The notes beneath the pieces are model-generated. The model did not search any database, was not told the origin of the DNA, and worked only from the letters and a program-made list of their open reading frames with translations. A stretch of DNA of 64,000 nucleotides, from the sequence record OZ196285.1; one strand, 5' to 3'. A program made the translations under genes and the position numbers. Position 1 is the stretch's first letter. Every line of letters starts with the position of its first letter. Shown here in pieces: positions 27,104 to 37,555 of the stretch.

Positions 27104-28109
27104 GTTTTAATCCCCAGAGTTGTTCCCAGTGTATATTCGTATCTTCTCGATACTTATCAATATTGAATTTTTCGTGTGGTGTGCTCATTACATCGCGAGC
27201 TACTTCCGCTAAGTTACTATTGTTTATATCGGCAAATTGAACCGGAAAGATGAAGTCTCGCGTGTACGGTGCATCGTATTGCAGTAAGCATGGAATATGC
27301 TGACTCGCTTCTAGAACTGCGTAAGGCATAATCTCGATGTGCGACATGTGCAGCAGCAACTTGCTTTTCATCATATGCGCGATTACTTTCTCTCGTGGCT
27401 GACATACGTGAGACGTACAATTCATATTTGCTGGTGATGTTATCTCTTCTGTACTGAATACATGAACGTTAAACCCGCTCTTAGACAGCGCACGAAGCAT
27501 TTCAGGGATCTGCTTGCGTTTGTATGCCCCAGATACGATAACCACGTCAGACGATTCAGCAGCGTCTAATTCACTTTGTGAAATCTCTGGTAGTCCGAAC
27601 GGCTCATATGCTGTTACGTGTTTTCCGCCAATCAGATTTTCACCCCAATATTTGATGCCGTCAGACTGTGCGATGTTCGTGACTAGACTATCAATCGACA
27701 TCATTTGCTTCCATTGTTCTAGACAGTAGATTCGGTTGATGTCCATGTACTTCTTGTACGACTCAGGCACGATCAAGTCACCGAAGTGGTGTTGATTGTA
27801 GCATTTGCGCTTTGCTTCGATGCAAGCACGTAACGCTTCGAATGAATGAGTGTAAATGATTGTATCGTCGTCTAATGAACGAATAACCATCGCGTTTGCT
27901 TTATAGTCATCAAACGAACGATTTGTGAGTACGTGTTCGCAGCCAAAGTCCCAATGTTTCGCATGAGCGCATTGCTCATCCCCTAGAACGATTACTTTCA
28001 CATCACAATCATACGATTTCATTAATCGAACGTGGTCTTGAATGAACGTATATATGCCACCACCGATGCCCATCATGAAATCAGTGACTACATAACGAAT
28101 CTTTTTCAT
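27090..28109 (-). CDS. GT-B (GT4-like) glycosyltransferase
   Basis: GIGGGI N-terminal loop; HMSHIEIMPYAVLEA (ExxxxxxxE) motif. Confidence 0.8.
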   Translation of the reverse strand: MKKIRYVVTDFMMGIGGGIYTFIQDHVRLMKSYDCDVKVIVLGDEQCAHAKHWDFGCEHVLTNRSFDDYKANAMVIRSLDDDTIIYTHSFEALRACIEAKRKCYNQHHFGDLIVPESYKKYMDINRIYCLEQWKQMMSIDSLVTNIAQSDGIKYWGENLIGGKHVTAYEPFGLPEISQSELDAAESSDVVIVSGAYKRKQIPEMLRALSKSGFNVHVFSTEEITSPANMNCTSHVCQPREKVIAHMMKSKLLLHMSHIEIMPYAVLEASQHIPCLLQYDAPYTRDFIFPVQFADINNSNLAEVARDVMSTPHEKFNIDKYREDTNIHWEQLWGLKHGKA

Positions 28110-28179
28110 TAATTTGTTGACTCCTCGTGTGCTATTGTGTAGACTGTATTTTATCGCATACAACCCTTGAGTTAAACAG

Positions 28180-28383
28180 ATGAGAATACTTTCACAAGAC
28201 TTAGTACGACTACGAGTAGAAGAACTCCCGTTTGTGCGTTTAAGTGTTGATCAGGAGCGTAAAATATGCGAGTATTTAAACACGTTAGACGACGAGACAA
28301 TTTACTCGTTAGAAAAACACACCGAGACTGCCGATGGCGCTCGAAAAATACTAAAATTCTTATTGAAAAAGATTGGAGATTAA
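28180..28383 (+). CDS. hypothetical protein
   Basis: 67-aa ORF. Confidence 0.55.
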   Translation: MRILSQDLVRLRVEELPFVRLSVDQERKICEYLNTLDDETIYSLEKHTETADGARKILKFLLKKIGD

Positions 28384-28387
28384 TGAT

Positions 28388-28849
28388 ATGGCTTACGAAT
28401 CAGTTTTTAATGGCGAGAATCGCTACAAAGTTCTACGTGAAGGTCGCGACTACATTAACAAAGTAGCGCACAGACATGGCGCAGTTGATAAAGGCATTTA
28501 CGTGACAATTGACTATCATGTCATTGATCGCATAATGGATCATGAGTTTCCCGCTCGTGTTTTCGAAATAATCGTTGGTCGATTCATCAAAAATCACCAA
28601 GACGAAATCTTGAAGCTTGCAAACATGCCTGCTGAAGAGCGTCCGAAGCACATTAACGTGTACGGCAACAAGCCAGACTCGCCTTACATGGTCGGCGTGA
28701 CAATTAACAAAGCTGCGACGGGAAAAGTTTATGTTAATCTTCGCACATGTTATAAAGAACGTAACAGTAAATATCGTCAACGAATCATCGAAGCATATAA
28801 AATTCGTGTGAAGACCTCTGAAGAGATTGAAGCCGAATTGAACGCTTGA
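28388..28849 (+). CDS. hypothetical protein
   Basis: GGAG RBS. Confidence 0.7.
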   Translation: MAYESVFNGENRYKVLREGRDYINKVAHRHGAVDKGIYVTIDYHVIDRIMDHEFPARVFEIIVGRFIKNHQDEILKLANMPAEERPKHINVYGNKPDSPYMVGVTINKAATGKVYVNLRTCYKERNSKYRQRIIEAYKIRVKTSEEIEAELNA

Positions 28850-28925
28850 TTTAGATCAATAAATAGAAAACAATCAAACTGTGCCTAGTGCGCAGTTTGT
28901 CATTTTAACAACAGGGGAAGTATTG

Positions 28926-31151
28926 ATGCTTGTAGTGAAGTCTTCGGGAATCACCGAAGAATATGAAGAACGTAAGCTTGTAAGAGTGCTATCAGATGCG
29001 TGTGAAAACACATCAGTTAACGCTTATGACTTACTAGAACGTGTGAAGAGCCAACTTTCAGACGGCATGACGAGCAAAGACATACAACGCGCAGCAGTGA
29101 AAATCGCTGCTGATAGCATTTCAGTTGACGAGCCAGACTATCAATATGTCGCGGCTCGTTTAGCTATGTATGGTCTTCGCAAAGATGTATATGGTCAGTT
29201 TGACCCAATCCCATTCAAAACTCTAATCGAAAAGAATACAGCAATCGATGTTTACGATTCTGAGATTCTTCAAAAATGGAATCACGAAGAACTTCGTATT
29301 CTGGAAACAAACATCATGCACGAACGCGACTTCGACTTCGCATACGCAGGCGTGATGCAATTCAAAGAGAAATACCTTTGTAAGAATCGCGGTACGAGCG
29401 AAATCTATGAAACACCTCAATACGCGTACATGCTTATTGCTATGTGTCTTCACCAAGATGAAAAAGAAGATCGTATCAAGCACACAATCGACTTTTACAA
29501 CGCGGTATCAACTCAGAAACTTTCATTGCCAACACCGATCATGGCGGGTGTTCGTACGCCAACACGTCAGTTCAGCTCATGTGTTAAAATTGAATCGGGC
29601 GATTCGCTTGATTCAGTGAACAAAGGCGCTGCGGCAATCGTGAAGTACATCAGTAAACGTGCAGGTATCGGCATCAATGGCGGTCGCATTCGTGCGGAAG
29701 GCTCTGTTGTTCGTGCAGGTGAAATTCGTCACACTGGCGTAATCCCGTTCTGGAAACACTTTCAAACAGCAGTAAAATGTTGTTCTCAAGGTGGTGTGCG
29801 TGGCGGTGCTGCAACTCTAACTTACCCTCTGTGGCATTTAGAAGTTGAAAAGCTACTTGTTCTGAAAAACAACAAAGGCGTTGAAGAAAACCGTATTCGT
29901 CACCTAGATTACAGCGTGTCAATCTCTCAATTGATGCTGAAACGACTAGTGAACGACGAGTATATCACTCTATTCAGCCCAGATGAAGAAGCAGGGAGCT
30001 TGTATGAGCTGTATCACGTCGATCCCGTTGCTTTTGAGCAAATGTACCTAAAACTAGAAGCCGACCCTACAGTGCGTAAGAAGCGCATTAAAGCGACTGA
30101 ATTATTCAGCGTCTTTGGGCAAGAGCGTGCAGGTACTGGTCGAATCTACCCGATCTTCGTTGACAACTTAAATGCACAATCGCCATACATCGAAGCTATC
30201 AAGCAATCGAACTTGTGTATGGAAATTGCATTGCCGACTTACCCTCTTGGTACTCAAGAAGAAGAAATCGCGCTTTGTACACTTGCTGCATACAACTTAG
30301 GTGCAATCGAATCGCCAGATGAATTCGCCGTATTAGCGCCAATCGTTATGCGTGCTCTCGACAATCTACTTGATTATCAAGACTATCCGGTTGCTGCTGC
30401 TGAAATCGCGAAGAAACGACGCGCACTTGGTGTGGGTATCACGAACTTTGCTTACTTCTTGGCTAAGAACTTTGTTGGCTACGATGCATCAGCGAAATAT
30501 CTTGTGCATGAGTGGATGGAAGCGATGTCGTTCTACAACATCAAAGCATCAAATCAGCTTGCAAAAGAACGTGGCACAAACGAATGGCATAGTCGTACTC
30601 GCTGGGCTCAAGGAAAATTGCCCGTTGATTGGTACAACAAAAACGTCGATAAGCTGATTGCTCCGAAATACAAGCTTGACTGGGATGGTCTACGTCGTGA
30701 TGTGTGGGATCACGGTATGCGTAACGACACGACTTCTGCATTCATGCCATGTGAAAGTAGCTCACAAATCTCGAACAGCACGAACGGCATTGAGCCGCCA
30801 CGTGGTCTTGTATCAACTAAGCAGTCGAAAGACGGCGTGTTTAATCAAGTTGTGCCAGAAGTTGATTTGTTGAAAGACGAATACACGCTTGCATGGGATA
30901 TGACGAAGCAAGGCATGGAAGGTTACTTGACGCTTGTTGCGATCATGCAAAAGTTCGTTGATCAGAGCATTTCTGCAAACGAATATCATGACCCGAGTAT
31001 CACTGAGAGTGGTAAAATCTCAATGGAAGGTCTGTTCAAAATTCTCGCGTTCTGTAGCCACTACGGTATCAAGACGCTTTATTATTCAAATACTCGTGAC
31101 GGTGCCGATGGCAACGAAAGCGATGATGATTGTGATGGTTGTAAGGTGTAA
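28926..31151 (+). CDS. nrdA: class Ia ribonucleotide reductase alpha subunit
   Basis: ATP cone VVKSSG; TPIMAG..TPTRQFSSC; QSNLCMEI; KTLYY; C-terminal CDGCKV. Confidence 0.97.
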   Translation: MLVVKSSGITEEYEERKLVRVLSDACENTSVNAYDLLERVKSQLSDGMTSKDIQRAAVKIAADSISVDEPDYQYVAARLAMYGLRKDVYGQFDPIPFKTLIEKNTAIDVYDSEILQKWNHEELRILETNIMHERDFDFAYAGVMQFKEKYLCKNRGTSEIYETPQYAYMLIAMCLHQDEKEDRIKHTIDFYNAVSTQKLSLPTPIMAGVRTPTRQFSSCVKIESGDSLDSVNKGAAAIVKYISKRAGIGINGGRIRAEGSVVRAGEIRHTGVIPFWKHFQTAVKCCSQGGVRGGAATLTYPLWHLEVEKLLVLKNNKGVEENRIRHLDYSVSISQLMLKRLVNDEYITLFSPDEEAGSLYELYHVDPVAFEQMYLKLEADPTVRKKRIKATELFSVFGQERAGTGRIYPIFVDNLNAQSPYIEAIKQSNLCMEIALPTYPLGTQEEEIALCTLAAYNLGAIESPDEFAVLAPIVMRALDNLLDYQDYPVAAAEIAKKRRALGVGITNFAYFLAKNFVGYDASAKYLVHEWMEAMSFYNIKASNQLAKERGTNEWHSRTRWAQGKLPVDWYNKNVDKLIAPKYKLDWDGLRRDVWDHGMRNDTTSAFMPCESSSQISNSTNGIEPPRGLVSTKQSKDGVFNQVVPEVDLLKDEYTLAWDMTKQGMEGYLTLVAIMQKFVDQSISANEYHDPSITESGKISMEGLFKILAFCSHYGIKTLYYSNTRDGADGNESDDDCDGCKV

Positions 31152-31152
31152 T

Positions 31153-32274
31153 ATGAAGACAATTTTTAATAGAGAACAAGTTAATCACCTAGATCAGCCG
31201 TTGTTCTTGGGCGAAGCTCCGAACATTTCTCGCTTCGAAACTGTGAAACATCAAGTTTTCGAACAACTAACAGAGAAACAGCTTTCGTTTTTCTGGCGTC
31301 CCGAAGAGGTCGATCTGACTCTCGACGCTCAGGAATTCGAACGTATGCCTGAACACTGGAAGCACGTGTTCACGCAGAATCTCAAGTACCAGTCGCTGCT
31401 TGACTCAGTACAGGGTCGAGCACCTAACGTAGCATTGCTGCCTATTGTTAGTGACGTATCGCTTGAGAACTGGATCACCACTTGGGCGTTCAGTGAAACT
31501 ATTCACTCGCGCTCTTACACGCACATCATGCGAAACTTGTATGCAAACCCTAGCAAGGTGTTTGATGAAATCATTCTTGATGACTCAATCATGACGCGTG
31601 CTAAAGCTGTTACTGAATACTACGACCGTCTGATTGAAGCCGTGTCGATTCGTGATGAGCTTACGCGTATGAACGTCGATGAAGCAATCGTGCTTATGCA
31701 AGAATCTAAAATCAAAGAGCTGCTTTACTTGTGTATGCACGCAGTAAACGCGCTTGAAGCTATTCGCTTTTACGTGTCGTTCGCGTGTACGTTCAACTTT
31801 GCAGAGCAAGGCATCATGGAAGGCAACGCGAAAGTCATGAAGCTTATCGCTCGTGATGAGCAGTTGCACTTGAAAGGTACACAATCTCTAATCGCTATCT
31901 GGCAGAACTACGGTGATGACCCTGAAATGGCTGAAATTGCCGAGCGTCTTCAGCCTGAAGCTGAGAAGATCTTCATTGAAGTAGCAGAGCAAGAGAAAGA
32001 ATGGGCTCATACGCTATTCAAAGACGGCACTGTACCTGGCTTGAATGCACAGATTCTGTGTGATTACGTTGAATATCTAACGTTTAGTCGCATGAATTCT
32101 GCGGGTCTGAACTGTCCATATGTGCGTCGTAAGCACCCGATCCCGTGGATTAAGAAGTGGCTAAATAGTGATTCAGTGCAAGTAGCAGCACAAGAAGCAG
32201 AACTTAGTTCTTACCTAGTTGGTCAAATCGACTCAACTGTTCGACCTGAGTTCCTAAAAACGTTAGAGGTATAG
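31153..32274 (+). CDS. nrdB: class Ia ribonucleotide reductase beta subunit
   Basis: FFWRPEE, LDSVQGR, ETIHSRSY, LEAIRFY, RDEQLH. Confidence 0.97.
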   Translation: MKTIFNREQVNHLDQPLFLGEAPNISRFETVKHQVFEQLTEKQLSFFWRPEEVDLTLDAQEFERMPEHWKHVFTQNLKYQSLLDSVQGRAPNVALLPIVSDVSLENWITTWAFSETIHSRSYTHIMRNLYANPSKVFDEIILDDSIMTRAKAVTEYYDRLIEAVSIRDELTRMNVDEAIVLMQESKIKELLYLCMHAVNALEAIRFYVSFACTFNFAEQGIMEGNAKVMKLIARDEQLHLKGTQSLIAIWQNYGDDPEMAEIAERLQPEAEKIFIEVAEQEKEWAHTLFKDGTVPGLNAQILCDYVEYLTFSRMNSAGLNCPYVRRKHPIPWIKKWLNSDSVQVAAQEAELSSYLVGQIDSTVRPEFLKTLEV

Positions 32275-32275
32275 A

Positions 32276-32572
32276 TTGTTGTTAGAAATATTCGGTTGGG
32301 ATGCAGCAGATTTTCGCTGTGTTCCTTGCTTGAAGGCTAAACGTTTAGCTGAAACACGCGGGCTTATTTACGATTTCATCCCGCTTGCAAAAGAGAAAGT
32401 GACTGAAGATCACGCAATTAATCGTGAAGAACTAGAAAGACGTATGCAAGAGAACTCACTAGAGCTAAAAACGCTCCCACAAGTGTTCTTTGACGGCAAA
32501 CATGTGGGTGGCTTTGATGACTTCAAAGAAATGATACACTCACTTGAAGAGCGCCGTTGGAATCAGATGTAA
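32276..32572 (+). CDS. nrdC: glutaredoxin (T4 NrdC-like)
   Basis: CVPC, TLPQVF, HVGGF; TTG start. Confidence 0.85.
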   Translation: MLLEIFGWDAADFRCVPCLKAKRLAETRGLIYDFIPLAKEKVTEDHAINREELERRMQENSLELKTLPQVFFDGKHVGGFDDFKEMIHSLEERRWNQM

Positions 32573-32582
32573 AAACTAAACA

Positions 32583-32618
32583 AAAGGGTTGACTTCGGTC
32601 AACCCTTTCGCGTATTCT
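32583..32618 (+). promoter_or_regulatory. terminator hairpin fused to sigma70 promoter
   Basis: AAAGGGTTGAC-TTCG-GTCAACCCTTT; TTGACT 32589-32594, 18 bp, TATTCT 32613-32618. Confidence 0.7.
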
Positions 32619-32644
32619 AGAGGTCAATAAACAGAGAGAATATT

Positions 32645-33220
32645 ATGAAGAAACTATTATCAATGCTGCTAGCCGTATGTTCATTCACCGCATCAGCCGC
32701 GTCTCATCAATGTGAAGTCAAATTCAATGGCGTTAAGTTATCAGATGAGCAATGGTACAACGTGCGTGGTGTGTTCGTGAACGGTTGGCTTGATGATCTT
32801 AGTTGGTCGCTTGCTGCTATCACTATCGTTGAGTCGAGTGCGGGTTTAGACCTAATCAACGACGTGTCGAAAGACTACGGTTTGATGCAGAACAACATCA
32901 AGACAGCGACTACACGCTTGAAGCGTTGGGAAAAAGCAGGGCGTGATTTCAGTCCATATGACTTGAATAACCCTGAAGATGTCAAAACGATTCTTGTTTC
33001 TAAGCCTGAAATCTCTGTTCAACTAGCAATTGAAGAGCTGCGATACTGGAAGAAAGTCCGCGGTGAGCATAATTGGAAAGTTACGTGGGCAAGCTATAAC
33101 GGTGGTTGGTATCTAGACAAAGCGTGGCAGCCCGTTGCCGAAGCGTATTCTAACAAGATAGCTGCTACTATTCGTAAACTTAAACCGTGCGCTAACGAGC
33201 TTACAAGAGGTCTACTATGA
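32645..33220 (+). CDS. secreted lytic transglycosylase (SLT/lysozyme-like, T4 Vs.1-like)
   Basis: Signal peptide; VESSAG, YGLMQ, SYNGG. Confidence 0.75.
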   Translation: MKKLLSMLLAVCSFTASAASHQCEVKFNGVKLSDEQWYNVRGVFVNGWLDDLSWSLAAITIVESSAGLDLINDVSKDYGLMQNNIKTATTRLKRWEKAGRDFSPYDLNNPEDVKTILVSKPEISVQLAIEELRYWKKVRGEHNWKVTWASYNGGWYLDKAWQPVAEAYSNKIAATIRKLKPCANELTRGLL

Positions 33221-33477
33221 TTACTGAAACTCTACGAACGAACATACGCTCTATCACTAACGAGAATTGCACATACAACATTCGATATGCATTCGCTATG
33301 TTCGAAGAGCATGACTTTGGACTCATCGACGCTGATATCGACGGTGATACTATCAATTCAATCGAAATGCTGCATGAACAAACGCAAGTCGTCGTTATAT
33401 TAAAGCCAAACGCATACTTTGGGTCAAATGTCACTGTAACAGAAGACCCACACAACATAACTAAAGGTGAAAAATGA
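33217..33477 (+). CDS. hypothetical protein
   Basis: ATGA overlaps. Confidence 0.65.
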   Translation: MITETLRTNIRSITNENCTYNIRYAFAMFEEHDFGLIDADIDGDTINSIEMLHEQTQVVVILKPNAYFGSNVTVTEDPHNITKGEK

Positions 33478-33653
33478 TTTCCGCATACATCGTATCAGCA
33501 TGGATAGTGCTGACTGAACCAAAACTGAAGCGCATATTCTGTATATTCAATTGGCATACATGGGACTATAAGAAAGGCGGGCATCGTGAATGTCGTCATT
33601 GTGGCAAAGGTCAAAGCTCTTACAAGGTCGGAGGTGATTCTGGCTGGCATTAA
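33474..33653 (+). CDS. small zinc-finger protein (C-x4-H...CRHCG)
   Basis: Manual translation, 59 aa. Confidence 0.55.
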   Translation: MISAYIVSAWIVLTEPKLKRIFCIFNWHTWDYKKGGHRECRHCGKGQSSYKVGGDSGWH

Positions 33654-33682
33654 TCTTTTTTGAAATAAATCGAACAAAGTGG

Positions 33683-33720
33683 TTTACAAGGTGTAGCTAA
33701 AAGCCTAATATAGCTACATC
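33683..33720 (+). promoter_or_regulatory. sigma70 promoter overlapped by inverted repeat
   Basis: TTTACA, 17 bp, TAATAT 33706-33711; GTGTAGCTA/TAGCTACAT. Confidence 0.65.
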
Positions 33721-33758
33721 GAAACGACATCGACTAATCAAAAAAGAGAGAACATTAC

Positions 33759-34763
33759 ATGCAAGCAATCATCGCAAACGCACTATACCGCAACACTGAA
33801 GTAAACGGCACTTTCACTCTAATCGAAAAATGCTGGAATAGCTCAGACGCTGCGCCTAAAAACGGTCGCATGAAAATCATGCTAGACGGTGCTGTTCGTA
33901 CGATTCGTGTAAACAAAGAAGACGTACAATACGTTGATGAAGCTGACGCGTCTCAAACGCCTGTTGCTGCACTTGCTCCTGTAATCGAAGCAGAAACCAT
34001 TGAACAAATCGAAGAGCGCATCACTGAGGCGTTCGACGCAATGGACATCTTCACTGTTGGTGCTATCGCAGGTCACGTTAAGTCACTTATCATTTCTGGT
34101 GCTGCGGGTGTTGGTAAAACATTCACACTTGAAAAAGAACTGAATCAAGCTGAGGAAGATGGTCAAATCGACTTCAAAAAAGTAGCAGGTACTTGTTCTG
34201 GTATCGGTCTTTTCACTAAACTGTGGGAATGTCGTAAGCCTGGTTCTGTTCTTCTTCTAGATGACGTAGACGTTTTCAAAGACGAAGATCAACTAAACTT
34301 GCTGAAAGCTGCACTTGATACGGGTGATGAGCGTTGGGTATCGTGGATGAAGGCAAGCTCTTATCTAGAAGATAAAGGTATCGAACAAGAATTCTTGTTT
34401 GAAGGTACAGTAATCTTTATCTCAAACAAAGACTTCGACCGTGAACTGCAAGCAAATACTAAGCTTTCTCCGCACTTCGATGCTCTAATCTCACGTAGTA
34501 TCTACCTTGATCTTGGTGTTCACACTAAGGAAGAAATCATGGTACGTATCAAGCAAGTTGTTGCGAACACGTCAATGCTTGAAAACGTTGGTATCGATGC
34601 TGAACAAATCGGCGAGTTACTAGCGTGGATCGAAACTCATATGCTTGAGCTACGCACTTTATCTCTACGAACTTGTCTACAAATCGCAAATATGATGCTA
34701 ACATCACCTAACAAATGGGAAATGCTTGCTAAAATGACAATGTTAAGTAAAAAGCGTAAATAA
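33759..34763 (+). CDS. AAA+ ATPase
   Basis: GAAGVGKT, LLLDDVD, FISN, SR finger. Confidence 0.85.
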   Translation: MQAIIANALYRNTEVNGTFTLIEKCWNSSDAAPKNGRMKIMLDGAVRTIRVNKEDVQYVDEADASQTPVAALAPVIEAETIEQIEERITEAFDAMDIFTVGAIAGHVKSLIISGAAGVGKTFTLEKELNQAEEDGQIDFKKVAGTCSGIGLFTKLWECRKPGSVLLLDDVDVFKDEDQLNLLKAALDTGDERWVSWMKASSYLEDKGIEQEFLFEGTVIFISNKDFDRELQANTKLSPHFDALISRSIYLDLGVHTKEEIMVRIKQVVANTSMLENVGIDAEQIGELLAWIETHMLELRTLSLRTCLQIANMMLTSPNKWEMLAKMTMLSKKRK

Positions 34764-34807
34764 TAAATGAACGGGGCTTACGAGCCCCATTTTCACAGTG
34801 AGGTAAA

Positions 34808-36094
34808 ATGGAGAGAACACTTACAAGTATTGTAAATGATGAAGCTCTTGAATATGCGATGTACACGATTGAGAATCGAGCAATTGCCAATGGCATTGAC
34901 GGTTTGAAGCCGGTGCAACGCTTTGTGCTTTATAGCGTTCTGAGAGACGCTGCGACATCGTATGATAAAGTTGCTGCTCTAGGTAGTGCTGTATCAAAGA
35001 TTGGTTACAATCACGGCGAAACATCTGCTCAAGACGCGTTAGCTTTGATGGCTGCTGAATGGCGTCAGAACATGCCAATCATTGACGGTCGTGGTAACTT
35101 TGGTTCACGTATGATTCAAGAATCAGCGTCAGCGCGTTACGTATACGCTCGACTACATTCAAACTTCTCGAATCTGTACAAAGATATCAAGCTATCGCCA
35201 GAACACAAAGATTTTGAACATGTGCCGCCGCAGTTCTACGTGCCAGTTGTACCGATGATTCTTGCGAATCACGTTCAAGGCATTGCGACTGGTTTCGCGT
35301 GTAACATACTGCCGCATGACCCTGCATGGATCAAGAAAGCAGTTGTTGAATATCTCAGTGGTAAAGAGATTAGCGAGCCAGTGATCAAGTTCCCTTGCTT
35401 TGATGGTGACATCATCAAGACTGATCATAACAAGTATATGCAGGTCGGCAAAGTCGAGACTAGTGGGTTGACTGCTGTCGTTACTGAAATTCCGACATCA
35501 TTTGATCACACAAAATACTTGGCAGTGCTTGACAAACTCGTAGAATCGGGTAAAATCAGTAGCTATGTTGATGAGACAAGTTCAAAGTTTCAGTTTAGAG
35601 TTCGATTCAAACGCGGTGCTCCTATGACCGAGAAGTTTATCAACACGACGCTGAAACTAACGAGTGCTTACACTCAGAACTTGAACATCATCGACGAGAA
35701 CTACAATATACGACATTTCGACGACGTGAGAGACATCGTGAGGTGGTTTGTTGATTATCGACTAACGTTTCTACCGAATCGCATCGCAGACGCAATACAA
35801 ACGTCTACGCACGATGTGAGTGTGTCAGGTGCGAAAGTTGAATTCATCAAACAAGTTGTTGGCGGGTCAATCGTTCTTCATGGTAAGAAACGTGCTGAAC
35901 TAATCAAAGAACTGAAAGAGCAAGAGATTTTCGAACCTCATGCAAAAGAACTTCTAAATATGTCGGTTGATAAACTAACTGACGATGAGATCGCGAAGCT
36001 CGAAAAGGAATCTGCTGCTGCAAGTAAAGAACTAACGTATTGGCAGAACACGACGCCAAAAAAAGAGTTTATCAAAGACTTAAAAGGTATATAA
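34808..36094 (+). CDS. 52: type II topoisomerase medium subunit (T4 gp52, GyrA-like)
   Basis: DGLKPVQR, YNHGE, GNFGS, SARY catalytic Tyr. Confidence 0.95.
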   Translation: MERTLTSIVNDEALEYAMYTIENRAIANGIDGLKPVQRFVLYSVLRDAATSYDKVAALGSAVSKIGYNHGETSAQDALALMAAEWRQNMPIIDGRGNFGSRMIQESASARYVYARLHSNFSNLYKDIKLSPEHKDFEHVPPQFYVPVVPMILANHVQGIATGFACNILPHDPAWIKKAVVEYLSGKEISEPVIKFPCFDGDIIKTDHNKYMQVGKVETSGLTAVVTEIPTSFDHTKYLAVLDKLVESGKISSYVDETSSKFQFRVRFKRGAPMTEKFINTTLKLTSAYTQNLNIIDENYNIRHFDDVRDIVRWFVDYRLTFLPNRIADAIQTSTHDVSVSGAKVEFIKQVVGGSIVLHGKKRAELIKELKEQEIFEPHAKELLNMSVDKLTDDEIAKLEKESAAASKELTYWQNTTPKKEFIKDLKGI

Positions 36095-36336
36095 TGAACA
36101 ACATAATCGTGAATAACGGTTTTGTTCAAGCTTCAGATAAAGAGACGCTATTCGGCGATGAAGACGTGATGATCGTTGAGCCGATGTCTCTGACTGACTT
36201 AGTTTGTCAGCTCGGCTTGTTCAAATCGAAGTCACAAGCACGTCAATCGAATCGCGTAGGTGATATACCTAGCGGTTACTCAGAGTTCAAGGGCAATAAG
36301 AAAACGCCTTTGTACGTCTGGAATCCCACAGAATAA
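36094..36336 (+). CDS. standalone S4-like domain resembling TyrRS C-terminus
   Basis: LTDLVCQLGLFKSKSQARQ. Confidence 0.5.
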   Translation: MNNIIVNNGFVQASDKETLFGDEDVMIVEPMSLTDLVCQLGLFKSKSQARQSNRVGDIPSGYSEFKGNKKTPLYVWNPTE

Positions 36337-36346
36337 GGTGAATAAA

Positions 36347-37216
36347 ATGCAAGTACGTTGGACGGAAATGTTCTACTCAATTCAAGGCGAAGGCAAGTAC
36401 ACTGGTCAGGCTAGTTTGTTCTTTCGCTTCTGGGGCTGTAACTTAGAGTGTCATGGCTTCGGTCAAGACGACCCAACTGATCCTGACACGTACGAGCTTG
36501 ACTTCAAAGAGTACGACCCGAAAGCACACAACGTGCAATCAGTTGAAGATTTGCCAGTCTGGTCTAAAGGCTGCGATTCAAGCTACACATGGGCGAAAAA
36601 ATACGCGCATCTAGCTTCGAAATCTGAAGTGAAAGACGTATGTGAAGCTATGCTTGACAAGCTACCGGGTCGTCGTTGGGGTGATATTCATCTTGTATTA
36701 ACTGGCGGTGAGACTATGATGAATCAACAGTCTATCACTGCAATGATTACGTACTTTGCGGGAATTGGCAATTTCCCGAAGAATGTAACAATTGAAACTA
36801 ATGGCACTAAGAGAATTACCCCATCGTTCGGTGATTTGATTGAATTAGTCGCACCGTATACGAAAATTAGTTTCAGCGTATCTTTCAAGCTTTTCAACGT
36901 TACTGGCGAATTGTCAGAAAAGGCTATAATCCCGAGTGTAGTGAACGGCTACGCACGCTATGCAGAAACATGGCTCAAGCCCGTTGTCGTCGATACTGAC
37001 GCATGTTGGGATGAGCTTGATACTCACATTGCTCAATACAAAGATTGTACAGCATTGCACAACGTACCGGTATATATCATGCCATGCGGGGCAACGCAAG
37101 AAGAGCAAGAGAAAGAGAACTACATGGCGTCGATAGCTAACAAAGCACTAGCACGCGGTTATAACGTCTCAGTTCGCGCACATGTGTGGATTTGGGGTAA
37201 TGCAGTCGGCACATAA
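36347..37216 (+). CDS. queE: QueE-like radical SAM (7-carboxy-7-deazaguanine synthase)
   Basis: EMFYSIQGEG, FRFWGCNLEC...GCDS, LTGGE, IETNGT, SVRAH. Confidence 0.85.
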   Translation: MQVRWTEMFYSIQGEGKYTGQASLFFRFWGCNLECHGFGQDDPTDPDTYELDFKEYDPKAHNVQSVEDLPVWSKGCDSSYTWAKKYAHLASKSEVKDVCEAMLDKLPGRRWGDIHLVLTGGETMMNQQSITAMITYFAGIGNFPKNVTIETNGTKRITPSFGDLIELVAPYTKISFSVSFKLFNVTGELSEKAIIPSVVNGYARYAETWLKPVVVDTDACWDELDTHIAQYKDCTALHNVPVYIMPCGATQEEQEKENYMASIANKALARGYNVSVRAHVWIWGNAVGT

Positions 37217-37246
37217 GTGTCATTTTAACTTGAAAAGAGAGAAACA

Positions 37247-37555
37247 ATGATTTTATTTGGTCACATCGTAGGTACATTAGGCATGATTCTTATCTGTCTG
37301 GCATTTTGGTTCGTAACAAGCGAGAAATACGGCCCGAAACACAACACGTATCTGTGGACGAACATGACAGGCGCTGTATTGCTGACAATCAGCTTGCTTA
37401 TCAACTTCAATCTAGGCAGCTTCATGATTGAGCTATTCTGGATTGCAATCTCAGGTAGTGCTCTGTACGAGAACTACAAAGGTAAGAAATTGAGCGTCAC
37501 GCTAAACGAAAAGTTCAATATTTTCGGCACTACTGAGCGCGGTGGTCCGAAGTAA
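37247..37555 (+). CDS. three-helix membrane protein (CBU_0592-like)
   Basis: G..LI..AF...Y...N..GA.LL..S...NF...F.IE.FW..IS. Confidence 0.6.
   Translation: MILFGHIVGTLGMILICLAFWFVTSEKYGPKHNTYLWTNMTGAVLLTISLLINFNLGSFMIELFWIAISGSALYENYKGKKLSVTLNEKFNIFGTTERGGPK

Noticed and set aside
28926-32274. Introns, inteins or homing endonucleases in nrdA/nrdB
   Set aside because: Both ORFs are continuous, of normal length and adjacent
12546-37216. Complete 7-deazaguanine DNA modification pathway from QueC-like plus QueE
   Set aside because: No FolE, QueD or DpdA in the window, and the two genes are in unrelated operons; cannot be claimed here
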